From an uncultured delta proteobacterium (GTDB lineage Bacteria; Myxococcota_A; Polyangia; Fen-1088): a DNA stretch of 64,000 bases. Position numbers and translations under genes: made by a program. This document shows positions 48,456 through 56,939 of this stretch, in pieces. A model generated the notes under the pieces. The model was not told where the DNA came from. It searched no databases and saw nothing but the letters and a program-made list of their open reading frames with translations. The stretch's first letter is position 1. Each line of letters begins with the position of its first letter. The stretch is from assembly GCA_963755125.1 (NCBI GenBank), contig CAVWIP010000017.1, positions 192,001 to 256,000 of the forward strand. The letters are read 5' to 3'.

Positions 48456-48833
48456 ATGAAAAACGGAAAGTACCTGATCCTTTGTGTCGACGACGATGGC
48501 GACATCCTTGAGGCGCTGCGGTTGCGGCTGGAGAAAGCCGGCTACCTGACCGCCACGGCGCTTTCCGCCGAGGAAGGACTGAAGAAATTCAAGGAAAACC
48601 AGCCGGACCTCATTATCGTGGATCTGATGATGGAAGAGATCGACTCGGGCACCGGCCTGGTCAAGGAGCTGAAGCTGGCGGGCAACCGCGCGCCCGTGCT
48701 CCTGCTCAGCTCGCTCGGCGATTCGCTGACCATCTCGGCCAGCACGCGAGAACTGGGGCTGGACGCGGTCTTCCAGAAGCCGGTCAACTTCGAGGCCATG
48801 CTGAAGACCATCAAGGCGAAACTAGGGCAGTGA
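48456..48833 (+). CDS. Single-domain response regulator (REC)
   Basis: ILCVDDD, PDLIIVDLMM, LLSS, FQKP. Confidence 0.92.
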   Translation: MKNGKYLILCVDDDGDILEALRLRLEKAGYLTATALSAEEGLKKFKENQPDLIIVDLMMEEIDSGTGLVKELKLAGNRAPVLLLSSLGDSLTISASTRELGLDAVFQKPVNFEAMLKTIKAKLGQ

Positions 48834-48858
48834 TCTCTCGGCCTCGATAAGGGCCGCG

Positions 48859-49962
48859 CTACAAACCCAGCAAGAGTCGCACCTCATCGGCCAGCGCCAA
48901 ACTGGCGGTCAGCCCCGGGGATTCGATGCCGAAGAGGTTGACCAAACCAGGGACGCCATGGACGGCCGGACCCTGGATGACAAAATCGGCGTCAGGGGCG
49001 CCGGCCGGGACGATCTTGGGACGGACGCCGGTGGTGCCAGGGGCCAGATCGCCGTCGGCCAGCGCTGGGTAGTAGCGGCGGACGGTGCGGTAGAACGCCT
49101 GCACACGGCTCTCATCGAAACTGTAGTCCACGGTGTCCACCCAGGTCACGTCAGGCCCGAAGCGGGCTTGCCCGGCCAGATCCAGCGTGAAGTGTATGCC
49201 CAGGCTTCCGGGCACGGGTACCGGGTAGACCAGGCGGGAAAAGGGGGCGCGGCCGCGCAGGACGGCGTAGTGGCCCTTGGCGAAGTAGGCCGTCGGGATG
49301 GCCGTGGCCGGCATGCCTTGGATCGAGTGCGCGACGGCGGGCGCCCAGGCACCGGCCGCATTCACCACCATGGATGCGAGCAACGTTGAAGCGCCGTTCC
49401 CGCCGGTTGAAAGCACGATGCCGTCATCGACCACGCGGCCGCCGAGCAGGGTCGTGCCCAGCGCAAGCTGCGCGTCCGCGGCTTCCGCGTCCCGGCGCAG
49501 GGCCCGCATCAGCTCATCGCTGCTCAGGATGCCGGTGGAGGGCGAATGGAGGGCGCACACGCCGGCCAGCGCCGGCTCCAGCGCGCGCAGTTCCGTGGCG
49601 TCGAGCCAGGTCAGATCGCTCACGCCGTTGTGCTCGGCCTGAGAACGCAGCTTCACCAGCAACGGGATCTCTTCTCCCCGCGTGGCCACCAGCAGCTTGC
49701 CCAGGCGCCGGTGCGCGATCCCGTTCTCTTCACAATACCGGTACAGCGCCTGCCGTCCCGCCACGCACAGCCGCGCTTTGTGCGACCCGGGCGGATAGTA
49801 GATCCCTGCGTGGATCACTTCCGAGTTGCGCGAACTGGTGTGGCGGCCGATGCCGGGCTCTTTCTCGATCACCACGACTTCCTGGCCCGACCGTGCCAGG
49901 GCGCGCGCCACGGCCAGACCCACCACGCCGGCACCGATGACTGCGACTTGCACACGATCCAT
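48859..49962 (-). CDS. FAD-dependent oxidoreductase, L-2-hydroxyglutarate oxidase-like
   Basis: IGAGVVG, TSSRNSEVIHAGIYY, LGIHFTLDL, GIESPGLTASL. Confidence 0.9.
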   Translation of the reverse strand: MDRVQVAVIGAGVVGLAVARALARSGQEVVVIEKEPGIGRHTSSRNSEVIHAGIYYPPGSHKARLCVAGRQALYRYCEENGIAHRRLGKLLVATRGEEIPLLVKLRSQAEHNGVSDLTWLDATELRALEPALAGVCALHSPSTGILSSDELMRALRRDAEAADAQLALGTTLLGGRVVDDGIVLSTGGNGASTLLASMVVNAAGAWAPAVAHSIQGMPATAIPTAYFAKGHYAVLRGRAPFSRLVYPVPVPGSLGIHFTLDLAGQARFGPDVTWVDTVDYSFDESRVQAFYRTVRRYYPALADGDLAPGTTGVRPKIVPAGAPDADFVIQGPAVHGVPGLVNLFGIESPGLTASLALADEVRLLLGL

Positions 49963-49985
49963 CTTGCCGAACCATCACAGGCCGA

Positions 49986-51038
49986 TCACGGCACGCGCAG
50001 CACCTTGCGCGCAAACCACCAATAGCTGGAGAGAACCGGATTGGCCACGCGGGTAATGATCGGGTGGTCGAGTCCAGGAAAACGGATGCTGCCAGTCAGA
50101 GAAGCTCCGTCCGTCGCATCGGGCAAGCGATTCCTCTGGACATGGCGGCGGTCGCGCACGACAGCCGGCAAGAGACGAAGGATCTCGCCGTAGCTGGCCA
50201 GCTTCTCGCGCAGCCAACCCTGGCGGGCTGCGAACACCAGCACCGCCAACTCGGCCCCGGCCAGGGCCGGCGCCGCGACCAACAGTCGCGCCAAAGGCCA
50301 GTCCTTGAGCAGAACCAGCCATCGGTTGCGGTCGAGCAGCGCATATTTGCGCGCCGAAAACCGCTCGGTGTACTTGTGCAGAACCCGCGACCGTGGCACC
50401 AGCACGCAGTCGTAGCCAAGCTGGCGCAAGCGAATCTGCAGATCGCAGTCCTCGTGATAGAGGAAAAGCTTCTCGTCGAAATCTCCGGCCTGCGCCAGGG
50501 CATCCATGCGCAGCAGCAGCGCCGCACCCGAGGCAAAAGCCACGGAGCGGGGTTCCTGGTCGGGCTGCGCGCTGTCGACCGCCTGGCGGTATCCGCCGCA
50601 ATAGCCGAACCCGCAAAAGTGCAACTCGTTGCCTGCGGTGTTGATGAGATGGGGCTCGCTGTAGAGCACGACCAGCGGTTGCACCGCGGCGACGTCCGGG
50701 CGGGTATCCATGACGGACAGGAGCGGCTGCAGCCACCCCGGCGTCACCTCGATGTCCTGGTTGAGCAGTAGCGCGAAAGAGGCTCCCCGCTCGCGGGCCC
50801 AGCGCAGGCCGATGTTGTTGCCCTCCGCAAAGCCGGTGTTTCGTGTTTGCGGCAGCAGGTGGAGGTTCGTCCAGGACTCCCCGATACGAGCCAGCTCGGC
50901 CAGGGTTCCGTCCGATGAAGCGTTGTCGACCACGACGATGGCGACATCGTCAAGGTTGGTGTGCTGTCTGAGCGTCGAGAACAAACCGTCGAGATAGCGC
51001 TCGGCCTGGTAGGTGACGACGACGATCGCGAGCTTCAT
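49986..51038 (-). CDS. Glycosyltransferase family 2
   Basis: VVVDNASSDGT, NTGFAEGNN, LLNQD, SGAALL, FLYHEDCDL. Confidence 0.9.
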   Translation of the reverse strand: MKLAIVVVTYQAERYLDGLFSTLRQHTNLDDVAIVVVDNASSDGTLAELARIGESWTNLHLLPQTRNTGFAEGNNIGLRWARERGASFALLLNQDIEVTPGWLQPLLSVMDTRPDVAAVQPLVVLYSEPHLINTAGNELHFCGFGYCGGYRQAVDSAQPDQEPRSVAFASGAALLLRMDALAQAGDFDEKLFLYHEDCDLQIRLRQLGYDCVLVPRSRVLHKYTERFSARKYALLDRNRWLVLLKDWPLARLLVAAPALAGAELAVLVFAARQGWLREKLASYGEILRLLPAVVRDRRHVQRNRLPDATDGASLTGSIRFPGLDHPIITRVANPVLSSYWWFARKVLRVP

Positions 51039-51469
51039 GTTCGCTCGTGTGGAACGTCGGCCTTCACGGGCGTCGGTTCTACCGTCGTCGCGCCAGTCAT
51101 GCGCTTGCCAGCAGCGTCCTCGTGGGCAAGCCGGTCGAGCTTCTCGCGCAGAAGACCAAGTTCCTGCGTCAGCGCGATCGATCGAACCTCGGTGCGCGAC
51201 AAGGTGACCAACGTGTGGACGTGAAGCAGGGCCAGTGCGCCAGTGGCGATGGCGAAGAAGAAGTTGGAAGGCAGGGTGAACCCCATGGCGTGGGCCACCG
51301 ACGTGGTGAGATCGGGCACGACGGCGAGCACCACCAGAGCGGCCAGCGAGAAGAAGACCCAGAGGCTGCTTTGGATCGTGATGCGCTCGCGCAGGACCAG
51401 GCGGAGCAGCAAGGTCGCGACCACGCAGCAAAAAGCTGCGAATAACCAGTACTGTTCGGCTTGTTGCAT
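51035..51469 (-). CDS. DUF2304 family membrane protein
   Basis: Three TM segments then LTQELGLL; typical partner of the adjacent DPM-like GT2. Confidence 0.8.
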   Translation of the reverse strand: MQQAEQYWLFAAFCCVVATLLLRLVLRERITIQSSLWVFFSLAALVVLAVVPDLTTSVAHAMGFTLPSNFFFAIATGALALLHVHTLVTLSRTEVRSIALTQELGLLREKLDRLAHEDAAGKRMTGATTVEPTPVKADVPHERT

Positions 51470-51473
51470 CGTC

Positions 51474-52205
51474 TTACAAGGTGCGGGGCTCGATGCGATG
51501 CCAGCTACGCGCGTAGGCCAGCAGGATCGCGACGGTCACTTTCAGCATGTAGTAGGGGGCGTGCAGAACGGAAATGCTGCTGGCGCCACCCTGGCGTTCT
51601 TTCATCGTCACCGGAACCTCGACTACGTGAAGCCCAGCCACTTTGGCCAAGACCAGCGCTTCGGGCTCCGGGTAGTCGTGCGGGTATGACCAATTGAACA
51701 GCCTCAGCGCGCGGTGGCCGTAGGCGCGATAGCCGGAGGTCGGGTCCGTGGTCTTCGTTCCGGTAACGAGCCCGAGCACCCAGCGCAGCCAGCCGCTGCC
51801 CACTCGCCGGGGCAAGGTGGACTGGAATCCCTCTCTTTGCAGGTAGCGACTTCCAACCACGATATCCGGCGGATTGGGCGCTTGCATCGCGCTGAGGAGT
51901 TTCTTCAGTTCGGAGGGCGGATGCTGGCCGTCACCGTCCATTTGCACGGCGCAATCGAAGTCCTCGCGCAAGGCAAGCCGCAATCCGGTCTGCACCGCGC
52001 CACCGATGCCGAGGTTGCGGCACAGCCGCACCACCCGGGCGCCGCGCTCGCGGGCGACTTCGGCGGTCCGATCGGTCGAGGCATCGTCGATGACCACAAT
52101 CTCCAGCGAGAAGCCGTCTCGCTCAGCGACGGCGCGAAGCTCCGAGAGCAGCGGTGGCAGGCCGCTCTCTTCGTTCAGTGCGGGAACAACGACGAGGACG
52201 CGCAT
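51474..52205 (-). CDS. Glycosyltransferase family 2 (DPM synthase-like)
   Basis: VPALNEE, IDDASTD, NLGIGGAVQTG, MDGDGQH, DPTSGYR, DYPEPE. Confidence 0.92.
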   Translation of the reverse strand: MRVLVVVPALNEESGLPPLLSELRAVAERDGFSLEIVVIDDASTDRTAEVARERGARVVRLCRNLGIGGAVQTGLRLALREDFDCAVQMDGDGQHPPSELKKLLSAMQAPNPPDIVVGSRYLQREGFQSTLPRRVGSGWLRWVLGLVTGTKTTDPTSGYRAYGHRALRLFNWSYPHDYPEPEALVLAKVAGLHVVEVPVTMKERQGGASSISVLHAPYYMLKVTVAILLAYARSWHRIEPRTL

Positions 52206-52223
52206 TCAGCGGGGGGAACCATA

Positions 52224-53657
52224 TCACGACGCTTCGCCGGCTGTCCTTCCGTGTTCTTCGGCGGATTTGAAGATGGGGAGGGTCAAGAAGAAACAGCTCC
52301 CCTGTCCGGGCGCGCTTTCGACCCCCACCTGGCCGCCGTGGGCCTCGGCGATGCGGCGGACGATGGAAAGGCCGAGGCCCGTGCCGGTCTCCGAGCCTTT
52401 GCCCTTGGACAGGCGCACGAACTCCTGGAACAGGCGGGTCCGCGCCTCGGGTGGGATCCCGGGGCCGTCGTCCTGGACCTCGACACGCAAGCTGCCATGG
52501 TGCGCGTGCGCCCGAACCACGATGCTGCGGCCCTCGCCCGAATACTTGATGGCGTTGGTCACGTAGTTGACCAGCGCCTCGCGCAAAAGGCTTGCGATGC
52601 CACGCACCGGCGGCAAGCTGTCGGGCAACTCGGCCGTGAGAGACTGACGGCGCTGTTGTGCCAGGTCGACGTGCTCCTCGACCACTTCCCGCACGATGGC
52701 CTGCAGGTCGACGGATACCATGAGATTCGCCAGGGACTCGGTTTCCAGGTCCGCCAGGACCTGCAACCCACGCAGAAGTTCAAGCGCTCCCCGCAGGCGG
52801 TGGTCTGCGCGCGCAACCCACTGCCGCTGTTGTTCGGTCAGCGGGCCCCCGAGCTCGCTCGACAAGTTGTCGAGCAGGGTGGTCACCGCCCCGAGCGGGC
52901 TGCGCAGGTCGTGAACCACCACGTGCAGGAAGGAACGGCGCAGGTCGGCCAGACGCTCGGTTCGTAGAACGGCGTCGCGCAAGCGGCGCTCGCTTTCGCG
53001 CAGGCGAGCGGCGAGACCGGTGGCCAGGTAGGTTGTGGCCCCCGCCAGCAGGCCGTAGACGAAGAGCAGGGTCCACACCACGCGAAAATCGTCCTCGGTC
53101 CCGCCGAACACCGCGCCCAGGGGACGATGTCGGGGCAGCCAGCCGAACCATTCCCCGAGCACGAGAGCGGCCAGCATGAGGTAGCCAGCCGCCGCGTGCG
53201 CGAACGCCGCCCGTCGCGACAGCATCACCGAGGCGAAGATGGCGTGCAGGACGTAGAAGGCCAAGAAGGGCGACTGGCTGCCGCCCACCTGCCAGATGGT
53301 GAAGGTCAACACCAGATAGTCGAGCAGGATGGTGGCGCTGGCGATCCAGGCGAGGGAACGGGTGGCGGTGACGACGCGTTCCGGCCGGCGATAGGGCCGA
53401 ACCGCGAAGAACACCGGCAAATTGCACAGGGCGAGAAAGACCGCGCTGCCGGCCAGGGCGCGCAGGTTGAGCCCCTCGATGCCCACCACGTGAATGGCAA
53501 AGAGGACGCCGGTCAGGATGCCGGCGGCCGCCAGGAAGCGGAGGCGCGAAAAGAAGTAGAGCCGCTCGCCCAGCAACAGGCTGTGCGAGAGCAGGCCATT
53601 GCCACCTTCCCCGCCGGTGGCGGCGCCAGCGTCTAGTGCCCGATTCGCGGACGACAC
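52224..53657 (-). CDS. Membrane sensor histidine kinase
   Basis: Multiple N-terminal TM segments; HDLRSPL, NYVTNAIKY, DDGPGI, GTGLGL. Confidence 0.92.
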   Translation of the reverse strand: MSSANRALDAGAATGGEGGNGLLSHSLLLGERLYFFSRLRFLAAAGILTGVLFAIHVVGIEGLNLRALAGSAVFLALCNLPVFFAVRPYRRPERVVTATRSLAWIASATILLDYLVLTFTIWQVGGSQSPFLAFYVLHAIFASVMLSRRAAFAHAAAGYLMLAALVLGEWFGWLPRHRPLGAVFGGTEDDFRVVWTLLFVYGLLAGATTYLATGLAARLRESERRLRDAVLRTERLADLRRSFLHVVVHDLRSPLGAVTTLLDNLSSELGGPLTEQQRQWVARADHRLRGALELLRGLQVLADLETESLANLMVSVDLQAIVREVVEEHVDLAQQRRQSLTAELPDSLPPVRGIASLLREALVNYVTNAIKYSGEGRSIVVRAHAHHGSLRVEVQDDGPGIPPEARTRLFQEFVRLSKGKGSETGTGLGLSIVRRIAEAHGGQVGVESAPGQGSCFFLTLPIFKSAEEHGRTAGEAS

Positions 53658-53685
53658 GATCGGAGATTACCACTGCTGGAGACAA

Positions 53686-53849
53686 CTAGAGCACCGAACG
53701 GTTTGCCGGACCGAGTGAAAATGCGCAGTTGCGAGCGGCCCGAGGCGCGACGAGGGAGAATACTCGACGTATTTGACCGAGGAGCAACGAAGGGACGCGA
53801 CGCAAATCCGCGATTTTACGACGGGAGGCAAAACCGTTCGGTGCTCTAG
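53686..53849. mobile_element. 164-bp MITE-like palindromic element
   Basis: Perfect 19-bp terminal inverted repeats CTAGAGCACCGAACGGTTT, nested imperfect inner arms, central AATAC-tcgac-GTATT hairpin, no ORF. Confidence 0.8.
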
Positions 53850-53944
53850 CTTCCTCCCCTCCGGCTCAGTGGTCTCCCCTCGTGTCTCTTTGTGCTCGGC
53901 TGCGGGCGGCTGCCGAGGTGAATGAACTCACCCCTTTGGTTGCG

Positions 53945-54595
53945 CTAATTGAGATGGATGGCCTCCCCGACGATTTCCACGTCGTCGGATGCGTCGATGC
54001 GCACGGCTCCTGCGCGGGCACGCAATTCGATCGCACCGGCAGAGATGCGCAGGTTGCCAGGAAGCTCGACCTGGGTGTCGGCCTGGAGCAGCCGGATCAC
54101 CGGGCCCTGCTGGTTGCCGGTGATGTGCAACAAGGGCTGGCCGTTATTCGCGTTGATCTGTAGGGCTTCGTCGCGCTTCATATCGAGGCTCTGCGCGACC
54201 AGTTTGGGCGCCTCCGGCCGGCGGTTGAAGCCGTCGACCACGCCGATGACGATGGGGTCGGGCTGTTTGGGCAGTTTCAGCACGAGCACCTGGTCCAAAA
54301 TGCGCACACTGAGACCGCTCAGAGTGACTACCCAGCTTTCATGGACGCATCCCCGAGCATCCTCGCAGCGCGCGCGGATCCGGCCGGTCAGGGTGGGGTG
54401 CCGTTCCTCGGTGCACACGGCGATCGCGTGACCCTCGGGCCACGCGGGTCTGGGCGGGGCCGCGAGCAGATTGTCGAAGACGGAACCTTGCTCTGTCGAT
54501 GAGGACGAGTCTTCGTTCGTCGCAGTTCCGGCGTTTGGCAGGTCATACTTGGCGTTCTGCGAGCACATGGCAGGAGCCTCCTCGAGGTTTGACAT
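53945..54595 (-). CDS. gp5/gpV-like mini-spike (OB-fold + beta-strand tail; DUF6484-like)
   Basis: HPTLTGRIRAR..ESW..DQVLV..PDPIVIGVV resembles the gp5 OB-fold; alternating beta strands end in VGEAIHLN, like VgrG/gpV C-termini. Confidence 0.55.
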   Translation of the reverse strand: MSNLEEAPAMCSQNAKYDLPNAGTATNEDSSSSTEQGSVFDNLLAAPPRPAWPEGHAIAVCTEERHPTLTGRIRARCEDARGCVHESWVVTLSGLSVRILDQVLVLKLPKQPDPIVIGVVDGFNRRPEAPKLVAQSLDMKRDEALQINANNGQPLLHITGNQQGPVIRLLQADTQVELPGNLRISAGAIELRARAGAVRIDASDDVEIVGEAIHLN

Positions 54596-55830
54596 TAGCT
54601 GCCACCCACGTCATCCGATCCGGCCGACGCGGCAAGCAGCCGATCGTGAATGGTCGGCGGCGATTGGTAGCGGATGGGAGGGTCGTGGTTGATGCGGGCT
54701 GCGATGGGGATGTTCTTGTGAATTCCGGGAATGAACACCCGTTGCAGGCCTTTGGTTCTGGCACAGTAGACGGCGGTGAATTTCTTTTCCGCGGGAAGAA
54801 TGACCAGATTGGTGAGAAGCGGCGGCAACGCGGCCCGCTCACCCTCGACCTCGATTTCGATCGATGGCGCGGACGGGACCGTGAAGCTGATGGTGGGCTC
54901 GTCAGGATGCATCCCGATCAGGGTGACGGGTTGCCCGGGAAGCGGCGCGCTCACGACCATTCCCAGCGATGCTTCTTGCCGGTACCCGGCTGCCAGGTCA
55001 GGGTCCTTTTCAAGCTGGCGGCGTAGGTGGGCGGGAATGAAACCCCGCTGTACCTCGGGCAGGGCCGAGTAGTCCGGTGGGGGAAACCAGGCGTCGACGC
55101 CCATGAACAGATATCGCGGGAAGGTCAGGCCGACGGTCCACTCGAAGCACCAGGGCAGCGGCTGCCGATACCACAGCTCCGGCTTTCGCGTGATCAGCCG
55201 CTCGGCGGTGAGCATGTCCGCAGGATCTTCCAAATTGGGCAACTCGACCCCTTCGATTGGATCGGGCAAGACGAGATAGCCCTTGCCCACCGGATTGCGC
55301 GGATACAGGCCGGGGTGATCGAACTGCATTCCGAGCGCGACGGTTCGCATGTAGTCCTGTTCGAGTTCGGCCGGAATGGGAACCCGGTTGTCGAGGCCGC
55401 CGTACGCGTTCTGATAGAGAAGCGGCATCTCGGTGAAGGGCTCCGGTCGGCCGATGCGCGGTCGGCCCTGGCTCCACTCGACCGGCCGCCTGCCGAACAC
55501 GGCGATTCGCTTGGCTGCGCGGCCGATCTGCGCCGACACGAACATCGAGGGCGTGGGACGCCCAACCGGAGCAAATGCCGAGCCTCGGATGACGACGTCG
55601 GTGCTCTGCTTGTCCAGCCAGTAGTCAGAACCGGGCGGGAAGCGCGGCTGCAGGTTCTCGTCGGACCAGAAATCATGCAGCAACGGTTCCGGCTGGCTGA
55701 GCGCTGTCGCTGTTCCCTTGATCTCGTAGGTCTGCTTGACCAGGGCAAAGGCAAACGCCGGCTCTGTCGCTGACCGTGGATCCAACCCCACCACGGCATC
55801 GTACAGTGGACGCACCGGCACGCGAGTCAT
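54595..55830 (-). CDS. DUF2169 T6SS accessory/adaptor protein
   Basis: K.STDVVIRGSAFAP, VFGRR, PEPFTEMPLLYQNAYGG, RNPVGKGY, LPNLEDP. Confidence 0.82.
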   Translation of the reverse strand: MTRVPVRPLYDAVVGLDPRSATEPAFAFALVKQTYEIKGTATALSQPEPLLHDFWSDENLQPRFPPGSDYWLDKQSTDVVIRGSAFAPVGRPTPSMFVSAQIGRAAKRIAVFGRRPVEWSQGRPRIGRPEPFTEMPLLYQNAYGGLDNRVPIPAELEQDYMRTVALGMQFDHPGLYPRNPVGKGYLVLPDPIEGVELPNLEDPADMLTAERLITRKPELWYRQPLPWCFEWTVGLTFPRYLFMGVDAWFPPPDYSALPEVQRGFIPAHLRRQLEKDPDLAAGYRQEASLGMVVSAPLPGQPVTLIGMHPDEPTISFTVPSAPSIEIEVEGERAALPPLLTNLVILPAEKKFTAVYCARTKGLQRVFIPGIHKNIPIAARINHDPPIRYQSPPTIHDRLLAASAGSDDVGGS

Positions 55831-56939
55831 AGCGGCATGCCCCAGCTTCCGGCGGGCGACGAGGATCCTGCATAGCCTGTGGTTGTCGATGTCGCGTGGC
55901 CGTCAGCCTGAAGGGTGGTTGTGTGCTGACCTGAAATTGCGCCCGTGTCGCCGGAGTAGTAGTTCACCGCTCCGCCGGCGGCCACGGCCTGTGTCTTTCG
56001 CTCTGCCAGCCGGCCGTTGCTGTCATAGGTCTCGGAGTGCTGGGAACTGCCGATTCCTATCGGGGATCCTACACTCAGTGTTGACTGGTCACTGGTTGTC
56101 GCCTTGGGACTGTCAGCATGGACGAGGCCAATTTGCGCGGGCCCCACTTGATACTCACGCTCGACTTTGGAGCCACCTTCGGATAACTGCTTCGACGAAA
56201 GCCGCAACCCCGCATATCCCGATCCGATCTCGACGCGCACAAGTTTTCCGTCGGCGGTAAGCGCCATCTTGGTTGCTCCGGAGAGGCATCCCAGGGCTGT
56301 CTTGAAGGCCCACTCCTTCCAGTTGGCGGCACCGACGAGTTCCTTGGCGAGGCCCTCGTACCCGCCCTTGAACCCATCGAGGCCCGAGACCACGCTGCCG
56401 AGGACACTGCAGACGAGCGCCCAGAGGCCAGCCGCAATATCGGCAGCGCTGAGTCCCACGCTGACCGTGTGAAGCGAGTTGAAAGAAGGGAAGCCATTGG
56501 GCAACGAGACCGGCGACGCGCAGCACAGCATGGGAAGCGGGACTGGGGGACCAGCAAGTTCAGTGCAACCGATCTGGGCGCCATTGGCTTTGACCTTGGA
56601 GGAAGAGAACATCACCTTTCGCTTGGAAAAAGCGATGATCAGCGGCAGATTGATGTTGGTAGGCGGAATCGTAACGTGGGGGATTGCGTAGCCGCAGTCG
56701 TGACTCTCCAACACGACGAACTGCGCTTTGTGAAACACCGTAGTGGTCAGTTTGTTCTGTTGCAGCGCAAGGCCGGGTGGCCACATCATGGGTGTGGGTG
56801 ACTCGAAGCATGGCAGCCGGGGCAGGTAAACCGGCGGCGGAGGTGAGATCCCGTCGTGAATTGTCATGCCTGCCGGCCAGGGAAGACAGATGTCGCCCAT
56901 CAATGAAACCTTGACCCTCATCGACGCCAATCCGTGCAT
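55827..56939 (-). CDS. Hypothetical protein, putative divergent PAAR-like N-domain with C-terminal extension
   Basis: Pro/Cys/His-rich N-region (IHD..PPPP, TTTVF, HDCG..IPH, FSSSKVKANGAQIGC), hydrophobic helix, Ser/Thr/Gly-rich tail; TGATG and ATGA coupling to neighbours. Confidence 0.55.
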   Translation of the reverse strand: MHGLASMRVKVSLMGDICLPWPAGMTIHDGISPPPPVYLPRLPCFESPTPMMWPPGLALQQNKLTTTVFHKAQFVVLESHDCGYAIPHVTIPPTNINLPLIIAFSKRKVMFSSSKVKANGAQIGCTELAGPPVPLPMLCCASPVSLPNGFPSFNSLHTVSVGLSAADIAAGLWALVCSVLGSVVSGLDGFKGGYEGLAKELVGAANWKEWAFKTALGCLSGATKMALTADGKLVRVEIGSGYAGLRLSSKQLSEGGSKVEREYQVGPAQIGLVHADSPKATTSDQSTLSVGSPIGIGSSQHSETYDSNGRLAERKTQAVAAGGAVNYYSGDTGAISGQHTTTLQADGHATSTTTGYAGSSSPAGSWGMPL

